Below are positions 12,666 to 23,518 of a DNA stretch of 36,902 bases, in pieces (position 1 is the stretch's first letter; every line of letters starts with the position of its first letter). Under the pieces are notes generated by a model. It was not told where the DNA came from and made no database searches. It saw nothing but the letters and a program-made list of their open reading frames with translations. Where the stretch lies: NCBI GenBank assembly GCA_964510405.1, contig CAZEAX010000002.1, positions 1 to 36,902 of the forward strand. The letters are read 5' to 3'. Source of the DNA: an uncultured Streptomyces sp. (GTDB taxonomy: Bacteria; Pseudomonadota; Gammaproteobacteria; Burkholderiales; SG8-41). The position numbers and the translations under genes are program-made.

Positions 12666-14996
12666 ATGTTTTCCCGCTGGTGGACCTTCCCTCTCGCACT
12701 GTTGCTGTCGGCAGCTGCTGCGGGTGTGTTAGTGTTTGTTTTTGTTGTGGTAATTGTCTATCCGACGCTGCCTTCGCTGGAAGTTCTCACTGACTATCAG
12801 CCCAAGGTTCCGTTGCGCGTCTATAGCACCGAGGGGTTGCTGATTGGCGAGTTCGGCGAAGAGCGCCGGGCCGTGGTCAAGATTGATGCGGTCCCGAAAC
12901 AGATGCGCGAAGCCATACTCGCGGCGGAAGACGAGCGGTTTTATCAGCACGGCGGTATCGATTATGTCGGCGTGATACGCGCGGCCATGTCGAATTTCAT
13001 GTCGGGCGGCGCGCGACAGGGAGCCAGCACTATCACGATGCAGGTCGCGCGTAATTTCTTCCTGTCCAAGGAAAAAACGCTGACGCGCAAATTCAACGAA
13101 ATGCTGCTCGCTTTCAAGATAGAACACAGCCTTTCGAAGGACCAGATACTCGAGCTCTATATAAATCAGATTTACCTGGGCCAGCGGGCCTATGGTTTTG
13201 CCGCCGCGGCGCAGATCTATTTCGGCAAAACGCTCGATCAATTGAATGTAGCCGAAATGGCAATGTTGGCCGGGTTGCCCAAGGCACCGTCGAGCTTTAA
13301 TCCCGTCGTCAATCCCAAGCGTGCCAAGCTGCGGCAGCAGTACGTGTTGAGGCGTATGCGCGAGCTGGATTTTATTAACGATGAACAATGGCAGGCGGCG
13401 GACAAACAACCGCTTGCCGTTAAGAAATATGTGAATGAGTTCGCGGTGAAAGCTGAGCACTTCGCGGAAATGGTGCGACAGGTCATGTACGAGCGGTTTC
13501 AGGACGACGTGTACACTCGCGGGTTCAAGGTTTACACGACGCTCTCGGCAGTACATCAAAACGCGGCTTACGCCGCGGTGCGTGCCGGGGTGCTCGAATA
13601 CGATCATCGGCACGGTTATCGCGGCGCCGAAAGTTACGTCGAACTTGGTGCGCAGCCGACGGACGAAGATTTCGAGGACGCCTTGCAGGATGAAACCGAG
13701 AGCGACGAAATTGCGCCCGCGCTGGTGCTCGACGCCAGCATCCGCGCAGTCAAGGTGTATCGCAAAGGCGGTGAGACACTGGAAATCAGCGGCGACGGGC
13801 TGAAATTCGCCCAGAAAATGCTGGGCGACAAGGCGCCGGCCAATCAACGTCTGCGGCGGGGTGCGATAGTACGCATCCAGAAAGACGACAAGGGTCATTG
13901 GAATATTACGCAGCTTCCGCAGGTTGAAGCGGCGCTCGTCTCGGCCGATCCGACTGATGGCGCGATTCGCGCGCTGGTCGGCAGTTTCGATTTCGCGCGC
14001 AATAAATATAATCACATCACGCAAGCGCTGCGCCAGCCGGGCTCGAGTTTCAAGCCGTTCATTTATTCCGCCGCGCTTGAAAAGGGCTTCACGCCCGCCA
14101 CCATTATCAATGATGCTCCGCTGGTTTTTGACGCCAGCCAGACCGGCTCGGAGCCGTGGGAGCCGCACAATTTCGATGGCAAATTCGAAGGACCCATGCG
14201 CATGCGCATGGCACTGGTCAAATCCAAGAACCTGGTGTCCGTGCGTATTCTGCAGGCAATCACGCCGCAATATGCGCAGGACTATATAACCCGGTTCGGA
14301 TTCGATGCGAAATACCATCCGCCGTATCTGACGATGGCGCTTGGTGCGGGCAACGTCACCCCGCTACAGATGGTCGGCGCATATTCCGTATTCGCTAACG
14401 GCGGATTTCGCGTCCCGCCCTATTTCATCGCGCGCATCGAAGACATCAAAGGAAATGTGGTGTTGCAGGCGCGCCCAGAACACGCGGGAGAATCGGCCGA
14501 GCGCGCTATCGATGCGCGCAACGCATTTATCATGACCAACATGTTACAGGACGTGGTGAAGATGGGCACCGCTACGCGCGCGATGCAGCTCGGCCGGACT
14601 GACCTCGCGGGAAAAACGGGCACGACTAACGAATTCGTCGATGCATGGTTTTGCGGCTTTGGCAGCGGACTCGTCGCTGTAGCCTGGATAGGGTTCGACA
14701 ATCCGCACACGCTTGGCCATAACGAAACCGGCGCGCAAGCCGCGTTACCGATGTGGATCGCCTACATGGGCAAAGCACTGAAAGGTGTAGAAGAGCAGCC
14801 GCGGACGGCTCCCGAGGGTGTCGTGCAGGCGCGCATAAGTTCTGAATCGGGCCTTCGCGACCCCGACGGACGAATCAGTGAGTATTTTTACCAGGAATTC
14901 CTGCCCGCGGAACGCGACGGCGAAACAGCTCCTGTAGGCGCGCCGGCGGCGGGTACGGCGAAGCCGCAGGAGGAAGTTAAGAGTCAGCTATTCTGA
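12666..14996 (+). CDS. mrcA: penicillin-binding protein 1A (bifunctional transglycosylase/transpeptidase)
   Basis: 776 aa with an N-terminal TM segment. GT51 motifs are EDERFYQHGGID and RQGASTITMQ. Transpeptidase motifs are SSFKP (SxxK), KSKN and KTGTT. It is divergent from pilM, as in many proteobacteria. Confidence 0.95.
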   Translation: MFSRWWTFPLALLLSAAAAGVLVFVFVVVIVYPTLPSLEVLTDYQPKVPLRVYSTEGLLIGEFGEERRAVVKIDAVPKQMREAILAAEDERFYQHGGIDYVGVIRAAMSNFMSGGARQGASTITMQVARNFFLSKEKTLTRKFNEMLLAFKIEHSLSKDQILELYINQIYLGQRAYGFAAAAQIYFGKTLDQLNVAEMAMLAGLPKAPSSFNPVVNPKRAKLRQQYVLRRMRELDFINDEQWQAADKQPLAVKKYVNEFAVKAEHFAEMVRQVMYERFQDDVYTRGFKVYTTLSAVHQNAAYAAVRAGVLEYDHRHGYRGAESYVELGAQPTDEDFEDALQDETESDEIAPALVLDASIRAVKVYRKGGETLEISGDGLKFAQKMLGDKAPANQRLRRGAIVRIQKDDKGHWNITQLPQVEAALVSADPTDGAIRALVGSFDFARNKYNHITQALRQPGSSFKPFIYSAALEKGFTPATIINDAPLVFDASQTGSEPWEPHNFDGKFEGPMRMRMALVKSKNLVSVRILQAITPQYAQDYITRFGFDAKYHPPYLTMALGAGNVTPLQMVGAYSVFANGGFRVPPYFIARIEDIKGNVVLQARPEHAGESAERAIDARNAFIMTNMLQDVVKMGTATRAMQLGRTDLAGKTGTTNEFVDAWFCGFGSGLVAVAWIGFDNPHTLGHNETGAQAALPMWIAYMGKALKGVEEQPRTAPEGVVQARISSESGLRDPDGRISEYFYQEFLPAERDGETAPVGAPAAGTAKPQEEVKSQLF

Positions 14997-15002
14997 ATCG
15001 TC

Positions 15003-15605
15003 ATGACCCGCGACCCCGGCCGCAATCCGCTGCGCCAGAATATCGCCAATGCCGCAGCGCGCCTGATGGCCGAAGATGGCATCGAAGACTATGCGCAGGC
15101 CAAACGCAAGGCGGCGCGTCAGGTCGGCGCGAGCGACGCGCGACAGATGCCGACCAACGACGAGATTGACGCCGCGCTCACGCTTTACCGCAGCTTGTTT
15201 CAGCACGGCCATTCGGCGCAGTTGCGCGAACTGCGCGAGTTGGCGCTGGCGGTGATGTATGAACTCGACGCGTTTAATCCCCATTTGACCGGCTCGGTGC
15301 TGCGCGGCAACGCAGGCAAATATGCCGACATCCAGCTGCAGCTTTTTTGCGACAACCCGAAAAGTGTCGAGCACTATTTACTCGATCAAGGCATTCAGTT
15401 TCGCGGCGCGCAGACGCGCCTCTATGCCGGTGACATGATGCTTCCGGCGCCAGTATTGGTTTTTAATCGCCACGGCTATGACATTTACTTGACGCTGCTG
15501 GCCTCGCGCGATTTGCGCCTGGCATTGAAGGCCACGCCCGCCGGCAGGCCGCTCGAACGGGCGAAAGCCGAGGCCGTGGAAATGTTGATCGCCGAAGACG
15601 GATAA
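15003..15605 (+). CDS. hypothetical protein, degenerate minimal nucleotidyltransferase (Pol-beta-like) fold
   Basis: 200-aa ORF starting 6 nt after the mrcA stop. The segment GSVLRGNAGKYADIQL fits the NTase signature GS-x10-D-h-[DE]-h, but with Gln in place of the second carboxylate. A later YDIYL could supply the third acidic residue. I do not recognise the family. Confidence 0.6.
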   Translation: MTRDPGRNPLRQNIANAAARLMAEDGIEDYAQAKRKAARQVGASDARQMPTNDEIDAALTLYRSLFQHGHSAQLRELRELALAVMYELDAFNPHLTGSVLRGNAGKYADIQLQLFCDNPKSVEHYLLDQGIQFRGAQTRLYAGDMMLPAPVLVFNRHGYDIYLTLLASRDLRLALKATPAGRPLERAKAEAVEMLIAEDG

Positions 15606-15607
15606 CT

Positions 15608-16777
<1,170 letters not shown>

Positions 16778-16806
<29 letters not shown>

Positions 16807-17404
16807 TCCATCCAACGCTCAACCAGCGTTGGATTTGTTTGGCAGCCTCAACGATACCGATTTTGCGCGTACTCGAAAAGAGTTGCGCGGTGCAGTTGAC
16901 GTAGCCGCGGGCTAAAGCCGCATTCACCTCGCGCAAAGTCGCATTGGCTTTTTGCTGGCCGAGCTTGTCCGATTTGCTTAAGAGGATGTGCACGGGCACG
17001 CCGGTCGGCCTCAGCCAATTCATCAGCTGCCGGTCGAGTTCCGTCAGCGGATGGCGGACATCCATGATCAGGATCACCCCGCGCAAACACGAGCGCGTTT
17101 GCAAATAGCCGCCGACCAGGTCGTGCCAGTGCGCACGCGCTGCCGCTGGTACTGCGGCATATCCGTAGCCGGGGAGATCGACCAGGTACTGGTCGGGGCC
17201 GACGCTGAAAAAATTAATGTGCTGGGTTCGCCCCGGCGTTTTGCTGACGAAAGCCATCCGGTTGCGTTGCGCCAGCGCATTTATCGCGCTCGATTTACCC
17301 GCGTTGGAACGCCCCGCAAAGGCGACTTCCGCGCCGTGCGCGGGCGGCAACATGCGAGTGTCCGCGACGGTGGTGACAAATTCAATATTGCGTAATGTGG
17401 ACAT
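16778..17404 (-). CDS. engB: ribosome biogenesis GTP-binding protein EngB/YihA
   Basis: 208 aa with G1 motif GRSNAGKSS, then DLPGYGY and SKSDK (G4). It is divergent from cytochrome c4, as in pseudomonads and betaproteobacteria. Confidence 0.92.
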
Positions 17405-17486
17405 CCTGAGCGCAGCCTAGCCTCTAAGGGGGTATTTCGATAGAATACGGCGTTTTCGTCAGGTTGCAATGTTGCCAGGAGATTCC

Positions 17487-18113
17487 ATGAAATTCGTTAC
17501 GGCGCTGCTGGGCTTGCTTTGCGCTGTCCATATTCCGTCGGTCTGTTCCGCCGAGCCGGCGACCAAGGCCGATCCCGCGCAGGCACAACAGATAGTCACG
17601 AAGGTCTGCGCGGCCTGCCACTCGGCAGATGGTAACAGCGTGAGTCCCGCGAATCCCGTCTTGGCGGGGCAGCACGCTGATTATATTGCCAAGCAGCTCG
17701 CCGACTTCAAAGGCAACAAGGACCGCAAGAATCCGGTCATGCTGGGAATGGCGTCCGCACTGTCGCCGCAGGACATGAAAAATCTCGGCGCGTATTTCGA
17801 ATCACAGAAGCCGAAGTCCCGCGCTGCCAAAGATCCCGCGCTGGTCAAGCTTGGCCAGCAGATTTACCGTGGCGGCATCATGGCGAAAGGCGTCGCCGCA
17901 TGCGCGTCATGCCACGGTCCCAACGGTGCGGGTGTTCCGGCGCAATTTCCGCGCGTGGCCGGCCAATACGCGGAGTATTCGACCGCACAACTGCAGAATT
18001 TTCGCGCCGGCGAGCGCGCCAATGATCCGAACAGCATGATGCGCACGATTGCCGTCAGGTTGTCGGACACCGAAATCAAGGCGGTCGCCGAATACATTGC
18101 TGGCCTGCGTTGA
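17487..18113 (+). CDS. dihaem cytochrome c4
   Basis: Signal peptide MKFVTALLGLLCAVHIPSVCSA and two CxxCH haem sites (CAACH, CASCH). I trimmed the track start (17469) to the ATG at 17487, which has GGAGA 5 nt upstream. Confidence 0.9.
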   Translation: MKFVTALLGLLCAVHIPSVCSAEPATKADPAQAQQIVTKVCAACHSADGNSVSPANPVLAGQHADYIAKQLADFKGNKDRKNPVMLGMASALSPQDMKNLGAYFESQKPKSRAAKDPALVKLGQQIYRGGIMAKGVAACASCHGPNGAGVPAQFPRVAGQYAEYSTAQLQNFRAGERANDPNSMMRTIAVRLSDTEIKAVAEYIAGLR

Positions 18114-18131
18114 GGCTCAAAGGCGTGGCAT

Positions 18132-18163
18132 AAAAAGGGGCGGTGATAACCGCCCCTTTTTTT
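18132..18163. terminator. bidirectional rho-independent terminator between cytochrome c4 and hemL
   Basis: AAAAA-GGGGCGGT-GATA-ACCGCCCC-TTTTTTT has an 8-bp GC stem flanked by an A-run and a T-run. It sits between two convergent stop codons (18113 and 18181). Confidence 0.88.
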
Positions 18164-18180
18164 ATTCCAATCGCGCAACG

Positions 18181-19464
18181 TCACGCCGAGCCTGCGAAAT
18201 AACCACTCGCTGCCGCCAGCGTTTTTTCAATTTCATCGTTGCCGTGCGCGGACGAGACAAATCCTGCTTCGAACGCCGACGGGGCAAAGTAAATGCCTTG
18301 CTCGAGCATCGCGTGGAAAAAACGGTTAAATGCCGGCACGTCGCATTGCATCACCTCGGCATAGCTGCGCGGCGGTTGCACGCGGAAGTGAAGGCCGAAC
18401 ATTCCACCGATGGCCTGGGCTGAAAAGACCACGCCGTGCGCTTTTGCGGCGGCGCTGAGTCCATCCGTCAAAGCGCGCGTGGTGTCGGCAAGTTGTGAAT
18501 AAAAACCCGGCGCTTCGAGCGCCTTCAGCGTCGCAAGGCCGGCGGCGACCGCGATCGGGTTACCGGACAGGGTGCCTGCCTGATATACGGGGCCGAGCGG
18601 TGCAATGCTGGCCATGATGTCGCGCCGGCCGCCAAACGCGCCGAGCGGCATGCCGCCGCCGACGATTTTGCCGAGTGTCACCAGGTCGGCAGTGATGCCG
18701 AACAATCCCTGCGCTCCGGTGGGGCCCACGCGAAATCCGGTCATCACCTCGTCGAATATCAACACCGTGCCATGGCGCGTGCACAGCGCGCGCAGCGCAT
18801 CGAGAAAACCGCGGTCCGGCACCACCAGATTCATATTGCCGGCGACCGGTTCGACTATCACGCAAGCCAGCTTGCCGGCATCGCGCGCGAATGCGGCTTC
18901 CAGCATTTCGATGTTGTTGTAGTCGAGCACCAGGGTATCGGCGGCAGTTTCCGGCGGCACGCCGGCCGAACTCGGGTTGCCGAGCGTGAGCGCGCCGGAA
19001 CCGGCTTTGACGAGCAATGCGTCGGCGTGACCGTGATAGCAGCCTTCGAATTTGATGATTCTGGAACGCCCCGTGTAGCCGCGCGCGAGCCGTATCGCGC
19101 TCATGGTCGCCTCGGTCCCCGAACTCACGAGACGCACCTGCTCGAGTCCCGGTACGCGGCGACACAACAGTTCGGCGAGTTCCACCTCGCCGGCGGTCGG
19201 TGCGCCGAAACTCAAGCCCTGGGTGACCGCTTGTTGCACGGCTGCAATCACGGCTGGATACGCGTGCCCGAGAATCAACGGACCCCAGGAGCCTACATAA
19301 TCGATGTAAGCCTTGCCGTCGACGTCCCACACCTGCGCGCCGCTGCCGCGGGCGAAAAAGCGCGGTGTGCCGCCAACCGAGCGGAACGCGCGGACCGGAG
19401 AATTGACGCCACCGGGAATGACCCGCTGGGCGGCGGTAAATAATTCGTCGTTGCGCGATGTCAT
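18181..19464 (-). CDS. hemL: glutamate-1-semialdehyde 2,1-aminomutase
   Basis: 427 aa with N-terminus ..[19 protein letters not shown] and class-III aminotransferase motifs ([19 protein letters not shown]). It has a 4-nt overlap with the thiE stop. Confidence 0.95.
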   Translation of the reverse strand: MTSRNDELFTAAQRVIPGGVNSPVRAFRSVGGTPRFFARGSGAQVWDVDGKAYIDYVGSWGPLILGHAYPAVIAAVQQAVTQGLSFGAPTAGEVELAELLCRRVPGLEQVRLVSSGTEATMSAIRLARGYTGRSRIIKFEGCYHGHADALLVKAGSGALTLGNPSSAGVPPETAADTLVLDYNNIEMLEAAFARDAGKLACVIVEPVAGNMNLVVPDRGFLDALRALCTRHGTVLIFDEVMTGFRVGPTGAQGLFGITADLVTLGKIVGGGMPLGAFGGRRDIMASIAPLGPVYQAGTLSGNPIAVAAGLATLKALEAPGFYSQLADTTRALTDGLSAAAKAHGVVFSAQAIGGMFGLHFRVQPPRSYAEVMQCDVPAFNRFFHAMLEQGIYFAPSAFEAGFVSSAHGNDEIEKTLAAASGYFAGSA

Positions 19465-20099
19465 GCGGTCTGGCCCTGAAATAACTGACAGAATTTGCGC
19501 GTAGCAGAGCCCGGATCGGGTACTGCAAACAGCGCGGATATTACCGCAACTGCGTCAGCCCCGGCGGCTATCAGTTCACCAGCGTTGTCGAGCGTGATGC
19601 CGCCAATGGCAACTACCGGCAGCCCGAGCGCGCGCGCGGCAGGCAGCAGCGACAGCGGCGCCCGCACGGCGCGGGGTTTGACTGATGACGCGAAGAAGCT
19701 GCCGAATGCGACGTAGTCGGCACCGTGCGCGACGGCCGCGCGTGCGCGCGACAAATCGTCATAGCACGAGACCCCGATAATTTTGCCGCGCCCCAGCTGT
19801 TTGCGGGCAACCAATAGCGCCGCGTCTTCGATGCCTACATGCACGCCATCCGCGTCGAGCGCGGCGGCGAGGGCGACGTCGTCGTTGATGATAAGGGTTG
19901 CACCATGGCGCCGGCACAAATTGCACAGCGCCTCTGCTTGTTCGCGTCGCGTGCGGTCGTCGGCTTGCTTGTTCCGGTATTGCATCAAGCGCGTACCGGC
20001 GGCGAGCACCGCCTCGACCTTGGATACGAGCAGTGCCGTGTAGGCGAGGTCGGGTGTTACCGCATATAGGCCTTTAATCGGCTGCATCGGTGGGTTCAT
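19461..20099 (-). CDS. thiE: thiamine-phosphate synthase
   Basis: 212 aa with [18 protein letters not shown] and VAIGGI motifs. It lies downstream of thiD and overlaps it. An alternative start is at 20087. Confidence 0.9.
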   Translation of the reverse strand: MNPPMQPIKGLYAVTPDLAYTALLVSKVEAVLAAGTRLMQYRNKQADDRTRREQAEALCNLCRRHGATLIINDDVALAAALDADGVHVGIEDAALLVARKQLGRGKIIGVSCYDDLSRARAAVAHGADYVAFGSFFASSVKPRAVRAPLSLLPAARALGLPVVAIGGITLDNAGELIAAGADAVAVISALFAVPDPGSATRKFCQLFQGQTA

Positions 20100-20913
20100 C
20101 CTCGCGCGCCCAGAACAATCGATCGGGGATGTGTTGACCCATGCCGGGCCTGAACGCGGATTTGAGGGTTTGCCACGTGTATTCCTGAGCGTCTTTCACC
20201 GCGTCGCTGATGCTTAGTCCATTCGCGATCGTCGCCGCGATCGCCGACGCGAGCGTGCATCCCGAACCATGGTAGCTGCCGGCCAGTCGCTCCCAACTGT
20301 CGGAGCGCACCACGCCATCCTGTCCATACAGCGTGTTGACGACTTGGGCGGTGTTTTCATGCGTGCCGGTAATCAACACGTACTCGCAACCCATGGCGAG
20401 CAGGCGCCGCGCGCACTCGGCGAGATCCACATCGTCTTCGCCTTCCTCCTGCACGAGTCGGCGCGCCTCAATGCTGTTCGGCGTGATGATGGTCGTTTGC
20501 GGTATCAGCAATTCGCGCAGCGCGGAGATCATCTCTTCGGTTACGAGTTCGTCGCCGCGGCCGGACGCCAGCACCGGATCGAGCACGAGCGGTATCTCCG
20601 GGTAGTCGGAAACCACTTCCGCGATCGCCGAAATATTTTCGGTGCTCCCGAGCAGGCCGATCTTGAACGAGGCGACCGGCATGTCTTCGAGCACGCAGCG
20701 CGCCTGGTCGGCGACCCATTCGGCATCCAGCGCCATGACTTCTTCGACGCCCATCGTGTCCTGGATCGTGACCGCTGTGACTACCGAGAGCGGATGGCAC
20801 CCCATGCTGGCAAGCGTCAGCACGTCGGCCTGCAAGCCGGCACCGCCGCTCGGATCGGTTGCGGCGAACGCGAGTACGATTGGCGGAAGTGCGGAAGGCG
20901 CTGTGGAGTCCAT
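20074..20913 (-). CDS. thiD: hydroxymethylpyrimidine/phosphomethylpyrimidine kinase
   Basis: 279 aa with ATDPSGGAGLQADVLT and the ribokinase-family C-terminal motif GSGCTLASAIAA. Confidence 0.93.
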   Translation of the reverse strand: MDSTAPSALPPIVLAFAATDPSGGAGLQADVLTLASMGCHPLSVVTAVTIQDTMGVEEVMALDAEWVADQARCVLEDMPVASFKIGLLGSTENISAIAEVVSDYPEIPLVLDPVLASGRGDELVTEEMISALRELLIPQTTIITPNSIEARRLVQEEGEDDVDLAECARRLLAMGCEYVLITGTHENTAQVVNTLYGQDGVVRSDSWERLAGSYHGSGCTLASAIAATIANGLSISDAVKDAQEYTWQTLKSAFRPGMGQHIPDRLFWAREDEPTDAAD

Positions 20914-20930
20914 GCTATGGGCGGGATTTA

Positions 20931-20960
20931 TTGTTCAAACGCTGGGCATGTCGCTAAAAT
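20931..20960 (+). promoter_or_regulatory. candidate sigma-70 promoter for rubredoxin-gloA
   Basis: TTGTTC (20931-20936), an 18-nt spacer, then TAAAAT (20955-20960). It ends 28 nt upstream of the rubredoxin ATG. Confidence 0.35.
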
Positions 20961-20988
20961 GATATTTTAACCTCATTAGTTACCCACC

Positions 20989-21177
20989 ATGACCACCACG
21001 GACGTTAATGTTTTTAAAACCTACATGTGCCTCATCTGCGGCTTCATTTACGACGAAGCCGCGGGATTGCCCGACGAGGGGATTGTCGCCGGCACGCGCT
21101 GGGAGGACGTGCCGATGAACTGGACGTGCCCGGAATGCGGCGCACGCAAAGAAGACTTCGAAATGGTGCAGGTGTGA
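20989..21177 (+). CDS. rubredoxin
   Basis: 62 aa with the classic CxxCG...WxCPxCG iron site ([10 protein letters not shown] ... [13 protein letters not shown]). Confidence 0.93.
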   Translation: MTTTDVNVFKTYMCLICGFIYDEAAGLPDEGIVAGTRWEDVPMNWTCPECGARKEDFEMVQV

Positions 21178-21563
21178 GACTACTGCATACGATGCTGCGC
21201 GTCGGCGATCTCGACCGCGCGATCGGTTTTTATACGCAGGTGTTGGGCATGCGCCTTTTGCGGCGCAGGGACTATCCCGACGGGCGTTTTACCAACGTGT
21301 TTGTCGGCTATGGCGACGAGTCAGACGTTGCGGTGGTCGAACTCACGCAAAACTGGGACACGAAGACCTACGATCTCGGCACCGGCTTTGGTCATCTCGC
21401 AGTCGAGGTCGACGACGCGTATAAGGCATGCGAAGAAGTCAGGACGCGCGGCGGCAAAGTTACGCGCGAGGCGGGCCCGATGAAGCATGGCACGACGGTG
21501 ATCGCCTTCGTCGAGGATCCCGACGGCTACAAAATAGAATTCGTCCAACGCCAGCCGGCATAA
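21174..21563 (+). CDS. gloA: lactoylglutathione lyase (glyoxalase I)
   Basis: The GTG at 21174 gives (M)[30 protein letters not shown], which is colinear with the residue-1 region of known GloA. The track ORF from 21027 is an over-extension through rubredoxin. The start overlaps the rubredoxin stop (GTGA). Confidence 0.9.
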   Translation: MRLLHTMLRVGDLDRAIGFYTQVLGMRLLRRRDYPDGRFTNVFVGYGDESDVAVVELTQNWDTKTYDLGTGFGHLAVEVDDAYKACEEVRTRGGKVTREAGPMKHGTTVIAFVEDPDGYKIEFVQRQPA

Positions 21564-21644
21564 CTCGACGCGCTGCAGGTTGATCCAATCTATCGAACGC
21601 GCGGCCGCGCCAGTTTGAGTTGAGCGCAGGGCGGCTCCGCCACG

Positions 21645-22439
21645 CTAGCTGGTTTGTTCTGCGGATTTTTTCGCACACTCTGTCAAGTGATTCGCAAGCG
21701 CAACGAATTGCGCAACGGATAATTCCTGGGCGCGGGCGGTCGGTGCGATGCCGAGCGCATCGAACGCGGGTGCCGCAATCAATCCGCGCAGCGAATTTCG
21801 CAGGGTTTTGCGGCGTTGCGAAAATGCGGCGGCAACCACGCGTGCAAGCTGCGCTTGATCGCGCGCGACACAGTGTCGCGGGTGCAACGGCGTCAGGCGT
21901 ATGACGGCCGAATCGACTTTGGGGACCGGGTCAAACGAGGTCGCAGGCACGTCGAGCAGCTTTTCCATCTCGAAGCGATATTGCAGCATCACCGATAAAC
22001 GTCCGAAATTGCTGTCGCCGGGCGCCGCCACCATGCGTTCGACGACTTCCTTCTGCAGCATGACGTGAATATCGCGGATGCGTTCGGCACAATCCGCAAG
22101 ATGAAAAAGCAGCGGCGTCGAGATGTTGTAGGGAAGATTGCCGATCACGCGCAATCCCTCGCCCAAAGCCGCAAAATCGAATTGCAGTACGTCGCCAGTG
22201 TGAAGATCGAGACGCGCGCCGAATTCCTGCTGCAACGCATGTGCAAGATCGCGGTCGATCTCGATCGCGTGCAAGTGCCCGGCTGCCGCGAGCAAGGGGC
22301 GGGTCAACGCGCCGAGGCCGGGTCCGATTTCGACGAGGCTTTCACCCTGCGCGGGATTTATCGCAGCAACAATCGCGGCGATCGCGGATTCGTCGGTCAG
22401 GAAATTCTGGCCGAACCTTTTACGCGCCCGGTGTTTCAC
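21645..22439 (-). CDS. rsmA: 16S rRNA (adenine1518/1519-N6)-dimethyltransferase
   Basis: 264 aa with ARKRFGQNFL and SAM motif VEIGPGLGALT, plus NLPYNIST. It is the last gene of the lptD-surA-pdxA-rsmA cluster. The start codon is GTG. Confidence 0.93.
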   Translation of the reverse strand: MKHRARKRFGQNFLTDESAIAAIVAAINPAQGESLVEIGPGLGALTRPLLAAAGHLHAIEIDRDLAHALQQEFGARLDLHTGDVLQFDFAALGEGLRVIGNLPYNISTPLLFHLADCAERIRDIHVMLQKEVVERMVAAPGDSNFGRLSVMLQYRFEMEKLLDVPATSFDPVPKVDSAVIRLTPLHPRHCVARDQAQLARVVAAAFSQRRKTLRNSLRGLIAAPAFDALGIAPTARAQELSVAQFVALANHLTECAKKSAEQTS

Positions 22440-22459
22440 GCAACGCCCAGGCGGAGCAA

Positions 22460-23479
22460 TCAGGCTTTGCCGCGGGCAAGCGCGGCGGCCAGTGCGATGG
22501 CGGCGCGCAGGCTACCAACGTCGATCTTGCCGGTACCGGCAAGATCGAGCGCGGTGCCATGATCGACAGACGTGCGAATGATTGGTAAACCCAGCGTTAC
22601 ATTGACACCGCTGCCGAAGCTCGCGTATTTCAGCACGGGCAGTCCCTGGTCGTGATACATCGCGAGCACGCAATCGAAATTGCGCAGGCGCTCCGGATTG
22701 AACAACGTATCGGCAGGCAGCGGCCCCGTCAATTGCATGCCTTGCGCGCGCAAGCGCTCGATGACCGGAATGATAACGTCGATTTCCTCGCGCCCAAGGT
22801 GCCCGGACTCGCCGGCATGGGGGTTGAGTCCCGCTATCGCAATGCGCGGTTGCGCGAGGCCAAACCGCGTCGTCAAATCGCGATGCAACACGCGCAGCGT
22901 TTGTTCCAGACTCTCGGCGGTGATCTGCCGCGCGATGTCTTTCACCGCTAAATGTGTGGTCGCGAGCGCAACCCGCAGCCCGCCGCCCACGAGCATCATG
23001 ACAACGTGCGGAGCATGCGTGCGGGCCTCAAGAAATTCCGTATGTCCGGTAAAGGCGATACCGGCGTCGTTGATGACGCCCTTGTGCACCGGTGCGGTGA
23101 CCATCGCGGCAAAGCGCCCGCCCATGCAGCCATCGGCGGCCGCTTCGAGGGTTTGCAGGACGTAGCCGGAATTGGCGCGGTCCAGGCGCCCCGCGGTCAC
23201 TGCGGCCGCGAGCGGCACGTCGATGACTTCCATCGCACCGGGCGTAAACGCCGCGTCCCGCTGCCCGCCAAATGCCAGTCCGCGCCAAGCAAGTCCCAAT
23301 TGCTGTGCGCGCTGCGCGAGCAGGCCGGCGTTCGCGATTACCACCAGTCTTTCGGTGGGTGGTTCCTGGGCAAGCAGCACGCACAAGTCGGGCCCGATGC
23401 CCGCAGGTTCGCCCGCAGTGATGGCGATGACAGGCTTAGCGCAATTTAAGTGGTGACTGATGAGCGTTCCCGAATTTAT
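22460..23479 (-). CDS. pdxA: 4-hydroxythreonine-4-phosphate dehydrogenase; start codon unresolved
   Basis: Motifs include [16 protein letters not shown] and SVDHGTA. The conserved N-terminal [13 protein letters not shown] is encoded upstream of the first canonical start (TTG at 23386). Only ATA 23479 (GGAG 7 nt upstream), ATC 23461 and ATC 23428 are available in frame. The upper coordinate is therefore provisional. Confidence 0.8.
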   Translation of the reverse strand: MNSGTLISHHLNCAKPVIAITAGEPAGIGPDLCVLLAQEPPTERLVVIANAGLLAQRAQQLGLAWRGLAFGGQRDAAFTPGAMEVIDVPLAAAVTAGRLDRANSGYVLQTLEAAADGCMGGRFAAMVTAPVHKGVINDAGIAFTGHTEFLEARTHAPHVVMMLVGGGLRVALATTHLAVKDIARQITAESLEQTLRVLHRDLTTRFGLAQPRIAIAGLNPHAGESGHLGREEIDVIIPVIERLRAQGMQLTGPLPADTLFNPERLRNFDCVLAMYHDQGLPVLKYASFGSGVNVTLGLPIIRTSVDHGTALDLAGTGKIDVGSLRAAIALAAALARGKA

Positions 23480-23518
23480 TTTTGATCTCCGGCCGGCGGC
23501 GCATTTCGCGGTTGCGCG

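Noticed and set aside
12729-14318. A 529-aa minus-strand ORF inside mrcA. Similar long antisense ORFs occur at 977-2224 (+, in gltB), 28094-29056, 29002-30315 and 31225-32508 (-, in murU/pepP/ubiH/dusB) and 35968-36684 (-, in the dehydrogenase).
   Set aside because: All are codon-aligned antisense frames of strongly supported genes in GC-rich DNA. Their translations are R/A/G/H-rich with no recognisable domains, no RBS and no independent intergenic context.
18560-19528. A 322-aa minus-strand ORF overlapping hemL in a different frame.
   Set aside because: It is an alternate reading frame of hemL/thiE. The product is extremely Arg-rich (RRR and RSR runs), which is typical of off-frame GC-rich translation. 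hemL itself is full length with intact motifs.
20914-21060. A possible TPP (THI-box) riboswitch upstream of thiD.
   Set aside because: The spacer is only 75 nt, and the conserved cores (CUGAGA, ACCUGAUCUGGAUAAUGCCAGCG) are absent on the minus strand even when extended into the rubredoxin gene.
21027-21173. The long form of gloA (178 aa), overlapping most of the rubredoxin gene in another frame.
   Set aside because: The extra N-terminal 49 residues are Arg-rich off-frame rubredoxin sequence. Homology-consistent GloA begins at the GTG at 21174 ([13 protein letters not shown]).
21599-21610. A perfect 12-nt palindrome GCGCGGCCGCGC (containing a NotI site) between the convergent gloA and rsmA genes.
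   Set aside because: It cannot form a loop-containing hairpin and has no flanking U or A tracts. GC-rich palindromes of this size are expected by chance in 60% GC DNA.
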